The position numbers and the translations under genes were made by a program. Source: an uncultured Oscillospiraceae bacterium (GTDB lineage: Bacteria; Bacillota; Clostridia; Oscillospirales; Oscillospiraceae). From it: a stretch of DNA of 64,000 nucleotides. This document shows positions 28,001-40,000 of this stretch, piece after piece (within the stretch, counting starts at the first letter, position 1; every line of letters begins with the position of its first letter). Below the pieces are notes generated by a model. The model made no database searches. It saw only the letters and a list, made by a program, of their open reading frames with translations, and was not told the origin of the DNA. The stretch lies in assembly GCA_947627325.1 (NCBI GenBank), contig CANQVO010000003.1, forward strand, positions 43,263 through 107,262, read 5' to 3'.

Positions 28001-31000
28001 CCACCCAGTGGTCGGAGCAGTTCACCGACGAGAAGGAGTCCACCGTCCTCTCCGGCATCCGCTCCATCGCCGCCGGGGCGCACACCTCCGCCGCCGTCAC
28101 CCTGGATGGCCGGGTGTACACCTGGGGCTCCAACAGCGCCTACCAGGCCGGCATCGGCGACGCGGTCCTCACCCAGGACGCCCTGGGCGAGCCGCTCACC
28201 AACGCCCTGGGCGAGCCCACGCCCATCGTGGCCCGCGCCAACCTGGGCCACAAGAACTTCTACTCCATCGGTGATCCCACCCTGATGACCGGGGCCGACG
28301 GCCAGCCGCTGAGCGGCGTGAGCTATGTGGTCCTGGGCGAGAGCCACGGCCTGGCCGTGATGGAGAACAAGGGCGAGGTCTACGCCTGGGGCCTCAACGC
28401 CCAGGGCCAGACCGGCGTGGGCCTGGACGCTACCACCCACACCGACACCAGCGCCGGCGCCAACAACGAAAACCACAACGGCAACACCACCGTCAATCCC
28501 GACAACGACGCCTACTACATCAAGACCGCCACCCTGGTGGCCCGGGGCGACAGCTTCAACGCCGGGGCCGAGACCGGCTTCCAGAGCGCCGTGGCCCTGG
28601 CCGCGGGGGTGAGCCACAGTCTGTTCGTCCGCGCCGACGGCTTTGTCTTCGCCGCCGGGTCCAACGAGGGGTACAAGCTGGGCGCCACCAGCGTCTATGA
28701 GGACACCGCCTCCACCGGCTTCATCACCGGCACCCCCGTGCTGGTGGGCGATCTGGAGTCCAAGGGCCTGGCTATCTACCGAGCGGAGGTCCACGCCAAG
28801 ACCGCCGACGGCGACCCGGGCGATCTGAAGCGGCAGTTCACCTTCGACCCCAACGCCGCCGATCCCAACGCCACCGACGCCACCGTGGCCCAGCTGACCA
28901 TCAGCGAGGACGAGGTGGCGGTGGTGGACTACACCCCCAACGCCTCCGGGGAACAGACCGCCCTGGTGGAGGTCTACTACTCCGGCTTCAACCTGCTGGT
29001 CAACAGCCGCTCCCTGGCCCTGCGCGCCGCCGATGTGAGCCATGTGGAGTGGGTCTCCGGCGACACCAGCGTGGCTACGGTGGACGTGGTCAACAGCGAT
29101 ACCGCCCACAAGGCGGTCATGCGCCCGGTGACGGGCCATTACGGCCTCAGCGTCATCCGGGTGACCAACACCGTCTCCGGCCACACCGGCTCTCTGCGCC
29201 TGACCGTCACCCAGACCCCCGATGGCGGCATCCAGGTGGCGCCCATGGCGGTCACCGGCCTGAACTTCTCCGCCGTCCTGCGCTCTGACGGCACCGTCTG
29301 GGCCTGGGGCAACAACGACTTCGGCCAGCTGGGCGACGGCACCCACGTCACCCGCACCAGCCCCACCCAGGTCCAGATCCAGAACCTGACCGGCCAGGGC
29401 AAGCTGTACCTCACCAACGTGGTGGCCATCGCCGCGGGCGCCAACCACCTGGTCATGCTCACCAACGATGGCGCGGTCTACACCACCGGCGACAACTCCT
29501 TCGGCCAGCTGGGCTACGCCGACGCCGCCACCTACGTCCGGGACGAGGCGGGCGATATCGTCCAGGAACTGGACGCGCGGACCGGCGAGATGGTGAATAA
29601 GATCAACACCGACGTGCCCTACAAGACTGGCTACGCCATGCGGGTGGTCTTCTACGACGAGCTGGGGGCCAGGCTGGAACAGCAGCCCTTCTTCACCGCC
29701 GTGGCCGCCGGGTATCAGCACACCCTGGCCCTGACCCGGGGCGTGCAGGTCACCCAGTATAGCGCTACGGGGGAGGTCACCACCACCGTGAACGGCGGCG
29801 AGGTCTGGGCCTGGGGCGCCAACAGCGCGCCTCTGGGCGCGGGCAACGCGCAGACGCCCACCTTCCAGCTGGGCCGGGGCACCAGCGTGGGCGGCGCCTA
29901 CGCCTACATCCCCCAGCGGGTGCTGAAGGGCGAGAGCGCCTCCGACACCGACTACCTGAGCTCCATCACCGCCATCGCCGCCGGACAGTATAACTCCTTC
30001 GCCGTCCGTTCTGACGGCGTGGTGGCGGGCTGGGGCCTGAACAACTACGGCCAGCTGGGCGACGGCTCCAACGACAACCGGGGCTTGCCCGTCCTCATGC
30101 GGGCCGGGATGAGCGAGAGCGCCGACGGCTATCTCCACAACGCCTTTATGGTCTCCGCCGGACTGAACCACACCATGGTGCTGGTGCGGGTGGAAGACCT
30201 TGTCTATCACCCGGGCCAGGTCCGCAGCGAGATCTACACCGTGGGCGATAACACTTACGGCCAGCTGGGCGCCTGGAGCATGGATCACTTCGGCGCCGCC
30301 AACGCCCAGCACGCCTACGTGGAGTACAGTTCCCTGACCCCCGTCCGCGTCCTGGGCGACCCCAGCGTGAACGACAGCCACAACTGGTTCGGCTCCACCT
30401 TTGACACCGACCACGGCGACAACGTGGTGCTGGTGGCGGTGGCGGCCGGCACCTACCAGAGCTACGCCGTCAGCGAAACCGGGGACCTCTACGCCTGGGG
30501 CAACAACGACCACGGCGAGCTGGGCATCACCGAGCTTGCCGACACCGCCAAGGCGGCCAACACGGAGAACATCCTGCCCACCCGGGTCCTGGCCGGTCTG
30601 AGCGGCACCGGCGCGGCGGGGGAGACCTTCTCCGCGGGCCGGGCCCTGTCGGCCACCTACCACCACGCCCTGGCCCTGAAGGCGGACGGCACCGTGTGGG
30701 CCTGGGGCCAGAACAACGACTGGAAGCTGGGTGAGAACCTGTCCGACCGGACGGTGGCCAGCGGCTCCTACATCTATAACGGCTATCAGTACACCGACCA
30801 GTACGCCGCCGGACAGGACAACACCGGCGAGCGGTGGAACCTGAGTACCAGCCACGTCCACGCGGCCACCACCGTGGCCGCCAACGAGTTGCGCCCCGCC
30901 GCCATCGACGCCACCCGCAACTACCCGGTCCGGGTGGGCGAGGTGGAGGACACGCTGATGATGCTCAGCGACGACCCCGGCAGCTGGGGTGTTGACCTCT

Positions 31001-34000
31001 GGCCCGCCGAGGGGGAGAGCGGCACCGTCTACTTCGCCGGGGACGAGATCATCCGCCTCCGGGACGACCAGCAGGCCGTCATCCGCCTGTCCGATCTCAA
31101 ACAGCAGTACCTGGCCGGCTTCAATACGCTCCAGCGCAACAGCGCCGAGCTGGCCTTTGACGGCCTCACCGTGGCCGATCCCAACCTGCGCGTCAGCCTC
31201 ACCGATCCCCGCCTGGGCCGGGTGGAGAAGGTCGCCAACGTGACCGACGGGGTGGACGGCATCGTCTTCACCCCCAGCACCGACACCATGGGCTCCACCA
31301 TGATGGAGATCAGCTACACCGCCGCCGACGGCGCGACCTACACCATGCTGATCCACCTGGTGGTCAGCCGCCGCGCCAGCGACAGCGCCACCCGCTTTGA
31401 CCAGCGCGCCCGCGCCGACGTGGCTACCCCCGCCCTCAGCGCCGGCGCCGCCCACACCATCTCCCTGAAGGCGGACGGCACCGTCTGGACCTGGGGCTCC
31501 GGCGCTCAGGGCCAGCTGGGCGATGGCACCACCAACTCCTTCGCCTATCCCATCCCCGTCTACCGGGGCGACCAGGAGGAGTACTTCTACTGTCCCGTGT
31601 GCGACAAGCCCATCCCCGCCAGCGCCTTTGACGCCAACGGCCATTACACCTGCGCCCACCTGGACGGCTCCCTGGAGCTGGATCGGGCGGCGCTGGAGAG
31701 CACCGGGCCCTACCTCCACCACATCGTGGCGGTGGCCGCCGGGAGCAACTTCTCCCTGGCCCTGGATATGTGGGGCAACGTGTGGGCCTGGGGTTCCGGG
31801 CCGGTGGTCAACGGCGGGACCATGAGCGTCCTGCCGGTGAAGGTGGACTTCTCCGCCGCCTTTGACGAGGACTACCCGGACATCTCCGGCCAGCCCGCCA
31901 CGCCGGACGCCGCCGACGAAGACGGGGTCATCGTGGTGTCCATCGCCGCCGGGCGGGACCACGCCGTGGCCCTGGACGCCAACGGCTCGGTCTGGGCCTG
32001 GGGCAACGACGGCTTCGGCCAGCTGGGCGACGACGCGGCCACCTACACCGACGCCGCCGGCGCCAGCGTGGACAAGTGGAACTGGAGCGTCAACTACGCC
32101 GGCGCCGTGAGCACCTACGACCTCTACAACGGCTCCTGGCACAGCTACGCCCGGATCCGGGAGGACCTGCTCTACAACCTCCTGGCCGACCAGGCCGCCA
32201 GCCTCTCCGCCCGGGACACCCAGTACGCCCCCGTCCACGTGACCCGGGGCGAGGCCGCCGTCCGGGGCCTGAGCCCCACGGTGGGCTATAAGTATCTGGA
32301 CCACATCGTGGACATCGCCGCCGGGGACTACTTCACTATGGCCCTGCGCTCCGACGGCACCGTCTACATTTGGGGCAAGAACGACACCGCCCAGCTGGGC
32401 CAGGGCAACCTGACGGCCGGGAACGGGACGCGGGTCCAGGCCGACCGGCTGGACCGCTACGTGCCCACCCAGGTCAAGAGCGCCGACGGCCGGCGCGCCC
32501 TCACCGGCGTTGTGGACCTGGACGGCGGCAAGAGCCACGCCGTGGCCCTGACCCGGGACGGCGCGGTGTACACCTGGGGCCAGACCTACCTGCGCTATGA
32601 CTACCCCAGCGGCACCTCCTACGTCCGGGGCAGCAACGCCGAGGCCAGCACCGACTACGACCACTACGGCGAGTACTTCCCCGACTACCGCTATGAGAAC
32701 CACAGCCTGCCCGTGGCGGTGACCATTCCCGCCGGGGAGGACGACCGGGTGGTGTCGGTGGCCGCCGGGGCCCACGCCAGCTACGCCGGGACGGCGGGCG
32801 GCGCGGTGTACGCCTGGGGCTCCAAGTCCAACGGCCAGCGGGCTGGCGGGGACAACGCCAGCACCGCGGTGAACAACGCCTGGAACAACGCGGGCTTCGC
32901 CGTGTCCGTGGACCGCGCCGGCGGCGCCGTCCAGACCGACGACAGCGGCGCCATCCGCTATACCTCCGGCGACGTGACCCAGGTGGTGCACGGGGAGGGC
33001 CCCGCCGACGACAGCGGCGCCTACCTCGACCACGTGACCGCCCTGGCCGCCGGGGAGAACACCGCCTTCTTCCTCACCGAGGATGGCTACGTCTACGCCG
33101 CGGGGACCAACTCCGAAGGGCAGACCGGCTCCCTGGCCTACGGCGGCACCATGCACGCCGACGGCCTCAGCGTGGGCCATCCCGTGCTGGTGGGCGCGCG
33201 GGCCGCGGAGCTGACCCGGATCACCACCGGCTCCCTCACCGCCGCCGTGGACAGCGGCGCGGACGTGAACATCACCGCCAACCCCGCCAACGACACCCGG
33301 GGCCGGGCCCAGTATTTCGCCCCCGCCCAGGCCGCCGCCGTGGACGTGGCGGGCAGCAGCCTGAACACCCAGGACCTCCTCTACATGGGCGGTCTGCCCG
33401 TGGAGGTGCAGATGACCCGCAGCCAGGTCCTCACCGTGGACGCCGCCTCCATCGTGGAGGACAGCGAGAAGGGCTATAACCTCCACTGGACCCGCACCGT
33501 GCGGAACGCGGACACCGCCGTGGCCGACGGGGAGGCCCAGTCCGCCGCCGACTACGCCGACCGCTTCACCTTCTTCTCCAGCGACGAGAGCATCGTCCAG
33601 ATCAACTACGTCACCGACAGCGAGGGCCGGAACGTGGGGGCGAAGATCATCCCCACCGGCCAGATCGAGGGCGAGTACTACGACCGCTTCGGCACCGCCA
33701 CCGTGGTGGTGGTGGACCGGGTCAACAAGAACTGGGGCTCCTTCAAGGTCACCGTCTTTGGAGAGGGCACCAATGAGGACGGGGACGCCATCGTCTCGGT
33801 GGAGAAGGTCTACGCCGGTTACGACACCACCTACGCCATCAAGCGTAACGGCACCGTCTGGACCTGGGGCCACAACCTCAACGGCAACCTGGGCCTGTCC
33901 ACCCAGTCCGCCGAGCAGGTGGAGACGATCACCGAGTCCCCCGCCCGGTACTTCACCTGGAAGTTCTACCCCGCCGACCACTATCAGGCCGGGGAGGACG

Positions 34001-37000
34001 GCGATTGGGACACCGCCTACGAGGCCGCGGAGACCGCCCTGGCCACCTGGACGGCCACCGAGAGCGCCCGCCTGAGCGCCTACAACACCGCCAAGAGCGA
34101 CCTGGACGCCATGGGCTGGGCCGCCCAGCGGGACGACCTCATCGCCCGCATCGACGCCCTGGCCAACGAGACCACCGCCGCCATCACCCAGATCGACCAG
34201 AGCGTCACCACCCTGAACACCTACGACGTTCCCGAGATCAGCAAGATGGCCGAGCATATGGCCGCGCTGAAGACCGCGCTGACCACCCGCCTCGCGGGCT
34301 ATCAGAATATGCGCCAGGCCCTGGCGAACCTGGGAGACGACCCCGCCGCCAGCGAGTTCGCCGCCCTGGTGTCCAACCTCACCGACAGCTATGAAAAGGG
34401 CGGTGTGACGGTGGGCCAGAACGCCATCAACGATCTGTTGGCCGCCGGCGGACCCTTCGATCCCAACGTGACCGTCCCCACCGACTACGCCTCCGCCACC
34501 ACCGACCGGGAGAAGTTTGAGGTGGCCGTGCGGGCCGTGATGCCGCCGGACGGCGGCGACGCGTCCCAGGCCATTGTGCAACCCGACCCGCTGGACGAGT
34601 ACAAGAGCGCCTATGACGCCGTCACCCGCATCGACAAGCTCCTGCAGGGCGCCGAGATCGACCCGGCCGGGGCCAGCGCCGCCCCCGGCGCCGGGAGCAG
34701 CGCCCTGTCCACCGCCGCGGCGGACCTCTTCAACGCCTACAAGGCGATGAACGCCAACGAGTACTTCCAGAAGCGCACCACGGTGGACGACAAGTGGACG
34801 GAGTGGATGGACGCGAAGAAAGAGGCCGACCCGTACCGCAACACCATGGCCTTCTACCAGGCGATGATGGATCTGGACCGGGTCGACCAGGCCGACGGCT
34901 CCTACACCAACCGCTACCCCGGCGTGGTGGCCATCACCGGCCTGAGCGACGAGGGCAAGGCGGCCCGGGAGTTGGTCCTGCCCACCCGCCTCACCGAGAG
35001 CGACTACACCACCGTCTTCCAGAACGACCAGACCGCCGCCGACGCGCTGGCCCTGACGCCCAGCGTGCCCGTGGTCCTGGTGGACTTTGATGAGAACAAC
35101 ACCGGCCATCAGTTCTCTGACGGAGCCTTCACCTCCCTGACCCTGTCCGGGAGCTATCAGGTCGTGCGCGTGGGCGCCTTCCAGAACACCCGGATGAACA
35201 CCCTGGTGTTCCAGGCGGAGATCCCCACCAGCGGCGCGATCCTGGCCTCCTCCTTCACCTCGGACGCCTATACCGACACCCCGTACAGCCAGCCCAACAG
35301 CTATCTGACCCAGGTGGAGGTGGACAACGTCCAGCTCGCCGGCGGCCAGATGAAGCCGGACGCCCTGGCGGCCACCGGCATCTTCTCCGGCGTGCACATC
35401 GTGGCGGTGGAGCCCGAGGAGGCGGAGGAGGAGCCCGACCGCGAGAGCACCACCATCATCACCCCCACGCAGATGGCCGGCGTGGAGGGCCGGGGCCAGC
35501 TGGGCACCGGCACCGACTGGAACCCGGCCATCGTGAAGATGGCGGTCAACCGGGACCACCCCGAAATGTCCGGCGCGGGCGGCCACGCCCTGGCGGTGGA
35601 CGCCTACGGCAACGTCTACGCCTGGGGCTACAACTCCTACGGCCAGCTTGGCAACGGCAACACCAACTACTATAAGTATCCCACCCGGGTGCTGGCCGGG
35701 ACCAGCCCCTACTGGTACGTCATGGGCAGCGACGAGCGCCGCTACTACACCGACGGCGGCGAGGGCTACTATACGGTGGACGAGCACAAGAACAGGGTCT
35801 ACTATGTGGACCGGGACGCCGTTCTGGTGGCCCTGGGGGAGGAGGGCTCCCTGGGTGAGGAGCGGTATCTGACCGGCGTGGTGGACGTGGCCGTGGGCTT
35901 TGACCACTCCCTGGCCCTTCTGCGGGACGGCACCGTGCTGGCCTGGGGCAACAGCTACCGCGGCCAGGCCGGCGATGCCAACGACGGCGTGGCCCGCTCC
36001 CTGACCCCGCAGTTCGTCCGTCAGGGCGGCAGTGTGGGCGAGGGCATCTGGCTCAACAACGTGATCTCGGTCAGCGCCTCCGGCCAGTCCACGGTGGAGG
36101 GCACCTCCGCCGTCCTGCGCTCCGACGGCACCGTGCTGGCCTGGGGCTCCAACGCCAACCGCCAGCTGGGCGACGGCACCACCCAGAGCGCGCAGGGCCC
36201 CCGGGGCGTCCAGACGGACACCGACGGCTTCACCGGCAAGGGCACCAGCGACCAGACCTACCTGGACGCCGCCGGTCAACCGCGCTATATCGACCCGCAC
36301 CAGCAGAAGAACTACGCCGACCTCGGCGGCGCCGGGATCGTGCCCGACACCGACAACTACCTGGTGGGCGTGGGGACTCTGCTGGGCCAGGACAGCGCCG
36401 CGGGCGGCGTCGTGGAGCTGGATATGAGCCGCAACCACGCCGTGGCTTTGAAGGATACCTATACCTGGTACGACTATAACGGGAAGCTCTATCCCTGGCG
36501 GTCCTCCGGCACCGTGTACACCTGGGGCGTGGACAGCAAGGGCTCCCTGGGCCGCGCCGTCGTCTCCCTGGGGACGGACTCCCTGGGCCGGGCCGTGAGC
36601 GGCGCCGGCCTGGCCGGCCCGGTCACCGGCACCGACGCCACTGACCCGGAGAGCTATGTGGTGGAGAACATCTACTACCGCATGGCCAGGGAGTACGGCG
36701 CCTCCCGCGCCCTCACCGACGAGGAGAAGATCATGGTCGCCAAGTTCCAGGCCCTGGCCTGGATCCGGGACCAGGCGGCCGGGAAGTCCTACACCGTCAC
36801 CTCCGACGACGTGGCCGCGGACCACGGCGGCTGGGAGAAGTGGGCGTCGGACGACGTGGACGCCACCAAGTATCCCAACAGTCCGCTGTGGACTGTCTCC
36901 GGCGTGGGCCAGGGACAGCTGATGATCTCCCACGTCCAGGCGGGCGGCACCTTCTCCCTCTTTGACACCGAGGAAGGGGACGTGTACAGCTGGGGCGACA

Positions 37001-40000
37001 ACGCCGACGGCCAGCTGGGCGTCACCGAGGACGACAAGGTGACCGGCAACGTGTCCTCCGCCGCCACGCCTCAGCGGGTGATGGACGGCGCCAACAACAT
37101 GGCCGTCCGGGACCTGAACGACACGGAGATCCTCTATCAATACACCACCAACGACACCTCGGGCGGCCTGGTGACCCTGAACGGCACCGCCCGGACGCTG
37201 TACTTCGCCCGCAACCAGGGCCTGGCCGCCGGGTATCGGCACTCCGCCGCCATCAACTGGGAGGGCTACGTGTACGTTTGGGGCAACGGCGAGAACGCCC
37301 AGGTGGGCAACTTTGGCACCGAGACCGCCTACTTCCCCACCCGCTCCGGCCCGCTGCCCTACAAGAGCCTGGAGATCCAGCGCTCCACCATCCAGGACGC
37401 CAACGGCCAGGTGCGGGAGCGCTACTACGCCAACACCGACAACGAGCCGCCGCTGGAGGTCATGCTCCACCACGGCCAGCGCTATGCGATGCCCTGGGAC
37501 GACGGGGCCATGCTCCAGATCAACTACAAGGGCTTCAACCTGTACAGCGACATCGACATCTCCGACGTGTACGGCAACCACGTGGAGATGAGCTCCTCCA
37601 ACCCCGACGTGGTGAAGGTCTGGCGGGACAAGGCCGGCGTCTGGTACGCCGCCCCCACCGACAACGAGGTCTTTGGCCGCTCCACCGTCACCTTCAGCAT
37701 CACCCTGCCCGACAACACGGTGTACTCCGGCTCGGTGCTCATCGCCGTGCTGGACGACGGGGCGAAGGCCGTGCCCATGCTGGCCTCCGGCAACGACTTC
37801 ACCATCGCCCTGCGCTCCGACGGCACCGTTTGGGCCTGGGGCGCCAACGACTACGGCCAGCTGGGCACCGGCGAGGCCATGGACCAGAGCAACACCCTCA
37901 ACAGCGGCGTGGGCGCCGCCCGCAACGCCCCCGTCCGCGTGCAGATCCCCGCCGACGTGGCGATCAGCTACATCGCCGCGGGCAACACCTTCGCCCTCGC
38001 CGTCACCGACCAGGGCAACGTCTACGCCTGGGGCAACAACGGCTCCGGCCAGCTGGGTATCAACGTCGGCACCGCCGCCGTCTCCACCCCCACGCTGGTG
38101 GCCAACCTCTACGGCGAGGCCGGTGTGCTGGAGCACATCGTCCGGGTGGAGGCCGGGGACAACTTCGCCCTGGCCCTGTCCTCTGACGGCGGCGGCGCTC
38201 TGGCCTGGGGCGACAACACCTACGGCCAGCTGGGCAACAACACCTGGCAGTCCCGGCCCTTCCCCGTGCGGGTGCTGGGCTACATGGGCGGCAACTACAT
38301 GACCAACTCCTCCGGCATCGCCGCCGGCGCCCGCCACGCCCTGGCCATCCGCTCCGACGGCGCGGTGCTGGCCTGGGGCGACAACGCCGACGGTCAGCTG
38401 GGCGTCAAGGACGCCCTGACCAAGTCCCGCAACACCGCGGACGTGGTCAAGAACCAGGAGGGCGACCAAGACCAGTACACCCAGGGCGCCGACGGCATCA
38501 CCAGGATCACCAGCGTGGTGGCCGGGGACAACTTCACCCTGGCCCTGGCCCGCAACGGCACCGTCTTCGCCTGGGGCTCCGACCTCATTGGCAAGGCGGG
38601 CAGTCAGACCCTCTACGGCCAGCTGGGCCTGGGCGAGGGGGACAACTCCTCCAACTTCCCGAAGAAGCTGGGCGATATGACCAACATCGTGGCCCTGTCC
38701 GCCAAGGGCGCCACCGCCCTGGCGCAGAGCTCCAACACCTATGCCTACACCCTGGACGGCGAGACTTACGAGTTCCGCATCAGCCAGATGACCCCGGGCA
38801 ACACCACCGTCCCCGGCGGCGCGGCCCACAGCTACAGCTGCCAGATGGATCAGCCCGATCCCGACGGCAACCCCATCTCCCGGGATGACGCCTGCGGGGA
38901 GACCCATGTCTACTACGACGGCGTGCCGGAGTACGTCAACGTCACCGCCACCGCCCGGAAGGCGGACGGCACCACCCGGCAGGTGGAGTTCAACCGTGGC
39001 ACCCAGGCGGTCCAGGGCAACCACATCTACGTTTGGGGCAACAACGACCACGGCCAGCTGGGCGTGGGGTACAGCAACAGCGGCATCCTCAACAGCGAGA
39101 CCCCCATCCTGGCCGACTTCAACACCCCCGGGTACGACACCTACTTTAACAACTTCGCCTACAACACCTTCCAGGCCAGCGTGGGCAAGACCCACACCGC
39201 CGTGCTGGGCGAGGACGGGTACGTTTACAGCTTCGGCGAGGGCGAGCTGGGCGAGCTGGGCGACGGCCGGGCCATCTCCAGCGACCAGCCCCTGCGTACC
39301 GGCGCCCGGGAGGAGAGCGTGGTGGTGGAGTACCCCGACGCCAACACCATCCGGCCCGACACCTCCATCAACACCGACGTCTCCCGCCGGGTGGTCACCC
39401 TGAACAGCAACCGCGTCAGCAACGGCGCTGTGCACACCGACAGCTATGAGCTGAACCTCAACGACCTGTGGCTCAAGGAGTACACCGGCTTCAACCTCTT
39501 CCTGCCCGACACCAAGATGAGCGCGCTCACCGCCCACGGCGGCACCCTGGCCGGCAACCTCCACGTGAAGATCGTGGACGAGAGCCTGCTGACCTACGCC
39601 TACGACCGCAGCCGCACCCGCCTGACCTTCAGCGCCGTCCACCCCGACAAGTTCGGCGAGACCATGGTGGTGCTCACCTATGACTACACCGACCCCGCCA
39701 CCGGGGAGACCTTCCACTACGTCTACCAGTTCCCGGTCTTCGTGAAGGACACCAACAAGTCCACCAACGACAGCGCCACCGTGGCCCAGGTGGGCGCGGG
39801 CAACTACCACTCCGCGGTGCTCCGTCCCGACGGGACCGTGTGGACCTGGGGCCAGGGCACCTCCGGCCAGCTGGGCGACGGCGCGGCCACCCTGGAGCGC
39901 AAGGCGTACCCCGTCCAGGTGACGGCGGGGGCACAGAGCGCCGCCTGGGCCTGCCCGCAGTGCGGCCGGGTCTACGACGAGGCCCACAGCTTCGCCACCG

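Larger units (their letters stand above)
33799..37308 (+). repeat. RCC1-like beta-propeller P15, interrupted after blade 1 by a ~530 aa insertion (33895-35480)
   Basis: Blade 1 is VEKVYAGYDTTYAIKRNGTVWTWGHNLNGNLG (33799-33894). RCC1 motifs resume at MAGVEGRGQLG (to 35505), followed by GGHALAVDAYGNVYAWGYNSYGQLG, VGFDHSLALLRDGTVLAWGNSYRGQAG, SAVLRSDGTVLAWGSNANRQLG, GTVYTWGVDSKGSLG, GGTFSLFDTEEGDVYSWGDNADGQLG and AAGYRHSAAINWEGYVYVWGNGENAQVG (to 37308). A Big_2-like domain follows: VEMSSSNPDVVKVWRDKAGVWYAAPTDNEVFGRSTVTFSITLPDNTVYSGSVLIAVLD (37582-37755). Confidence 0.75.
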
